A stretch of DNA of 64,000 bases from an uncultured Bacteroidales bacterium (GTDB taxonomy: Bacteria; Bacteroidota; Bacteroidia; Bacteroidales; WCHB1-69). Shown here in pieces: positions 60,644 to 64,000 of this stretch (the first letter of the stretch is position 1; every line of letters starts with the position of its first letter). The notes beneath the pieces are model-generated. The model worked only from the letters and a program-made list of their open reading frames with translations. It was not told the DNA's origin and made no database searches. The position numbers and the translations under genes were made by a program. The stretch covers positions 14,775-78,774 of the forward strand of contig OMYJ01000009.1 of the NCBI GenBank assembly GCA_900315245.1, written 5' to 3'.

Positions 60644-61558
60644 TTATTCAATGACAAGGTAATTTAAAGGATTGATGGGGAAACCATTGTACCATAACTC
60701 AAAATGGAGATGGTTTTTCTGCTTTTCAGAAGGGCTAAAGTCTCCTGTTTTGGCAATGGGCATGCCGCTTTTCACGCGTGCGCCCACCGTTTTCAGCAAA
60801 GCGGCATTATGCTTATAGATGGAAATCATGTTGCCGGGATGCTGCACAATTATCGTATATCCATCGGCGGAGGTGAAGTCTGCCGCTATCACCACCCCAT
60901 CAGCCACACATGAAACCGTTTTGTTTTCAGAGGTGACAATATCGATACCGTAATGGTTCTGAGAAGCATCAAAAAGGCGTGTCACAGCACCCATAGCAGG
61001 AGGATAGATAGAGATGTTGGTGATTTTGGCCTGTTCGATGTTAGGGACGCTTTGACTGGCAGGGGCATTGTTCTCAGAAGTTCTGCTAAGAATCAACCTT
61101 GCATCCTCCAATATCTCATTAACATGACCCCTCCGGGATTTGTCGCGCTCCACAGGATGCACATCAGGAGTGGTCTGAACGTCATCATCCTCATACACAA
61201 CACCGTCCTTTCCTTCCAATATGTTTGAAAAAGACTCCATATACTGCTGATTCATGGCATAATGTTTCTCCAAGGAATCTACCCTGGCCGCTGTCTGCTT
61301 GTATAACTTGTAATCCTTTTGATTCGTATATCCGGGAATATAAACCCGCAACGGGGTCAACGCAATCAAAATAGCAGTCAGCACAATAATGACAAAAGCA
61401 GCCAGAATAGACACGACAACCACCTTTTGAATCGTGATATTCCGAATCAAAAAGCTCTGCTCGTGCGTGTCCTCGTTGGAGAAAACAAGCCTATATCGTG
61501 TCTTCCATTCATTCACGACAAGCTTCCATACCTTTTTCACCTTCTCTAACTTACTCAT
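60644..61558 (-). CDS. M23 family metallopeptidase
   Basis: TM anchor, TPLR.YIPGY, HYGID, HLHFELW. Confidence 0.88.
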   Translation of the reverse strand: MSKLEKVKKVWKLVVNEWKTRYRLVFSNEDTHEQSFLIRNITIQKVVVVSILAAFVIIVLTAILIALTPLRVYIPGYTNQKDYKLYKQTAARVDSLEKHYAMNQQYMESFSNILEGKDGVVYEDDDVQTTPDVHPVERDKSRRGHVNEILEDARLILSRTSENNAPASQSVPNIEQAKITNISIYPPAMGAVTRLFDASQNHYGIDIVTSENKTVSCVADGVVIAADFTSADGYTIIVQHPGNMISIYKHNAALLKTVGARVKSGMPIAKTGDFSPSEKQKNHLHFELWYNGFPINPLNYLVIE

Positions 61559-61717
61559 TTTTGCCTCGTCTGCCTTTTTGCGGTGCAAAAGTAGCAAAAA
61601 TAGCGATATGATTTAATCGCAACTTTTATTTTATTGTCAATCAGCACATTACAAAAAGTAACAGACAAAAAGGTTAAAAGTATTTGATTTTAGTGTATTT
61701 TTGTAAAGAAATATTCG

Positions 61718-61725
61718 TATTTTTG
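61718..61725 (+). promoter_or_regulatory. Bacteroidetes -7 promoter box for the four-helix-bundle gene
   Basis: TATTTTTG about 31 nt upstream of the ATG. Confidence 0.55.
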
Positions 61726-61756
61726 CTGCCCGAAAAAATCAATAAAGTCAAGTATT

Positions 61757-62227
61757 ATGAACGAAAGAGACAACAATGTAAGTTTTTTCAGATTTGAGGA
61801 TTTAAGAATTTATGCAAAAGCCATGGACTATATTGTCTGGTTGTATCAGCAACTGCCCAAAGATGAGATGCATACGAACCAGAAGTTCATCCAGAAATCG
61901 TTTTTGAAGTCCGCACAAGATATTGCATTAAACACGGCAGAAGGGTCATCCCGCAACAGAACCCAATTCCTGTATTATTTGAAAATGGCGAAAAGTTCTG
62001 TACGGGAATGTGTCGTTCACACGGAAATCGCTTCCCAGATCGGCATATTGTCTGAAGAAAGCAAAGAACACTCACGTACCGAATTGATGGAACTGACCAA
62101 AATGATCGGTTCGCTTATCGCTTCCCTGCAGCGTTCTTCTCTTGGTATGTCTCATTCTGGAAGACCGACAGACGAATCTGACGACCTCAACATTCCGGAA
62201 TCTGATGATTTCGACGAGATGATCTAA
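61757..62227 (+). CDS. Four-helix bundle protein (23S rRNA IVP / bAvd-like family)
   Basis: FRFEDLRIYAKA, SA.DIALNTAEGSSR, F.YYL.MAKSSVREC; acidic C-terminal tail. Confidence 0.88.
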   Translation: MNERDNNVSFFRFEDLRIYAKAMDYIVWLYQQLPKDEMHTNQKFIQKSFLKSAQDIALNTAEGSSRNRTQFLYYLKMAKSSVRECVVHTEIASQIGILSEESKEHSRTELMELTKMIGSLIASLQRSSLGMSHSGRPTDESDDLNIPESDDFDEMI

Positions 62228-62273
62228 TTCACCTCAACCAATGAATTTCCATGCTATTTTTAGCATTTCATAT

Positions 62274-62305
62274 AAAGGGGTATCTTAGCTGATATTCCTT
62301 TTTTT
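62274..62305 (+). terminator. Intrinsic terminator after the four-helix-bundle gene
   Basis: AAAGGGGTATC-ttagct-GATATTCCTTT followed by a T-run. Confidence 0.65.
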
Positions 62306-62319
62306 AATTTCCACTCAAG

Positions 62320-64000
62320 ATGAAACACTTCAAAATTCTAATCTTATTACTCCTTTTTCCCGGTTTGACTATCGCGAAAACACTGACAAAAGACAGAATC
62401 ACCACGTTGGGAGTACGTGCGTTTCACCAAAAAGCCCAAACCATCTGTCCAGAGGCATGTTCATACTCTTTGAAATACTGCCAATACCTAAAAAACGATG
62501 GAGTTATTGACGTGGCAATTCTGCATTTCGATTCCGGCTTTTTGATTTTTTCGGCGGAAGATGCTGTTTTCCCTGTGTTAGCATACAGTTTCACCAATGA
62601 CATAGACCTGGACAATCCCGCACCAGGCATGAGTCTGTTCCTAACGCAATATCGCCAGGAAATTGCAGCAGCACGACGAAACCATTCCGTTGCGACCGAA
62701 CGGGTAAAGAAGGCGTGGGAAGAACTACTCCACCCCTCCAAAAACGTAACAGCTGAAACTATTGTCGCCCCTTTGCTGCACTCCACCTGGAATCAGAGCA
62801 AGTATTACAACGACCTGTGTCCCCAGGACGAGAACGCCCCGGGCGGATATGACGGGAAAGTTCCCAACGGATGTGTGGCTATTGCCATGTCGCAGATCAT
62901 GTACTATTACCGTTATCCTGAATCTGGCTCCGGGAGCCACACCAACTACACCGACTATGGAAACTTCTATGTCAACTTCGCCCAACAGCACTACAATTAT
63001 GATGTTATGTGCGACAAACTGAGCTTTTACAACAACGAAGTTGCCAAGTTGATTTTTCATTGTGGAACTGCCATAGACATGATGTATGGTCCCGACGGAT
63101 CGGGGGCCTATTCTCAAGATGTGCCGGAAGCCATGCACAACTATTTCAAATATAACTCAGACTCCTACTACTCATCCAAGCACTATCACTCCAACGATTC
63201 CTGGTGCGACATGCTCAAGGCGGATTTGGATGCCCGACGGCCGGTTTATTATTCCGGATACTCCGACGAAGGCGGTCACGCGTTCATTTGTGACGGATAT
63301 GACAGTGACAACTACTTCCACTTCAATTTCGGATGGGGCGGATCCAGCAACGGTTTTTACATCACCCAAAGCACTGACGCAGACAACAACGAAGTTGGGG
63401 GCTACGGCAACTGGCAGTCCGCGGTCTTCAACCTCCACCCCTTGGATGATGAATACCCCACGTATTGCAGCAACCACACCGTCACCGCATCAAGCGGCTC
63501 ATTGGAAGATGGTAGCGGCAATATGGACTATCTGAACAATGCTTTTTGCACTTACCTCATCGCTGACTACAGGCAATATGCTGTTAACATAACGATGAAA
63601 AAGATCTCCACCCAAGAGAACCACGACTATCTCCGCTTTTGGAATGGGAATCCTTCAAATGACAGTTTACTGTTAGAGCTTTCTGGTGATATTTTACACG
63701 AAATTTCCTACACCTTATATACTGACAGCCTGTTCATCACTTTTGAAACCGACGATTCCGTCTCTTCGGAAGGCTGGCATCTCACCTTCGAGACCCTGCG
63801 TGAAGGCGTTGGGTGTGGAATGCACCATATCAGAGAAAACAGCGGAACCATATCAGACAACAGTGGAGACGAAAATTATCGCAACAGCCAGAGCTGTTCC
63901 TGGATATGCCGGTTCAACGACATTGACCATGTAGTATTCACCTTTGAAGAGATGGATATAAGTCCTGAAGACCACCTTGACTTCTACAATAACATCACAA
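62320..64000 (+). CDS. C10 (streptopain/SpeB-like) cysteine protease with prodomain and CUB-like domains; 3'-truncated
   Basis: Translated by hand (absent from the track because there is no stop in the window): MKHFKILILLLL..., WNQ, NGCVAIAMSQ (catalytic Cys), GGHAFICDGY (His), FHFNFGWGG, then DGSG..Y.NN..C.Y.I CUB-like repeats. Confidence 0.9.
   Translation, partial: MKHFKILILLLLFPGLTIAKTLTKDRITTLGVRAFHQKAQTICPEACSYSLKYCQYLKNDGVIDVAILHFDSGFLIFSAEDAVFPVLAYSFTNDIDLDNPAPGMSLFLTQYRQEIAAARRNHSVATERVKKAWEELLHPSKNVTAETIVAPLLHSTWNQSKYYNDLCPQDENAPGGYDGKVPNGCVAIAMSQIMYYYRYPESGSGSHTNYTDYGNFYVNFAQQHYNYDVMCDKLSFYNNEVAKLIFHCGTAIDMMYGPDGSGAYSQDVPEAMHNYFKYNSDSYYSSKHYHSNDSWCDMLKADLDARRPVYYSGYSDEGGHAFICDGYDSDNYFHFNFGWGGSSNGFYITQSTDADNNEVGGYGNWQSAVFNLHPLDDEYPTYCSNHTVTASSGSLEDGSGNMDYLNNAFCTYLIADYRQYAVNITMKKISTQENHDYLRFWNGNPSNDSLLLELSGDILHEISYTLYTDSLFITFETDDSVSSEGWHLTFETLREGVGCGMHHIRENSGTISDNSGDENYRNSQSCSWICRFNDIDHVVFTFEEMDISPEDHLDFYNNIT

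Noticed and set aside
62424-63934. Several short ORFs listed in the track at the window end
   Set aside because: Alternate or antisense frames of the single C10 protease ORF starting at 62320.

Overview
A mostly housekeeping 64-kb window from a Bacteroidales-type genome (TAnnTTTG -7 promoter boxes, T9SS-type cargo proteins, porG-like/uppS/bamA/skp, htrA/rpoD, gldD). It opens with an AT-richer defence locus: a 5'-truncated N6-adenine methyltransferase, a small PD-(D/E)xK-like protein and a Type III Res subunit. Core genes follow (truA, DPP7, recG, infC-rpmI-rplT, atpD/C, purB, upp, rplU/rpmA, lpxK, phoH), plus two tRNAs and a TPP riboswitch-controlled TonB-dependent receptor. It ends in a C10 protease with CUB-like domains that the ORF track missed. 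The unexplained structure is mostly non-coding: (1) about 14 short tandem arrays of 7-mers (plus 6- and 8-mers) at gene junctions, often containing the upstream stop codon, sometimes inverted into long hairpins and once inside a signal peptide, with a four-helix-bundle (bAvd/IVP-like) gene elsewhere in the window; (2) GTAG-class REP palindromes, three of them translated in frame inside a FISUMP-domain protein whose 3' end resembles a DGR variable region. Also notable are a ~1076-aa multi-subunit flavin/Fe-S dehydrogenase fusion and a Firmicutes-type purB. No CRISPR array, transposase, integrase or reverse transcriptase was seen. All calls come from reading motifs; no database searches were run.
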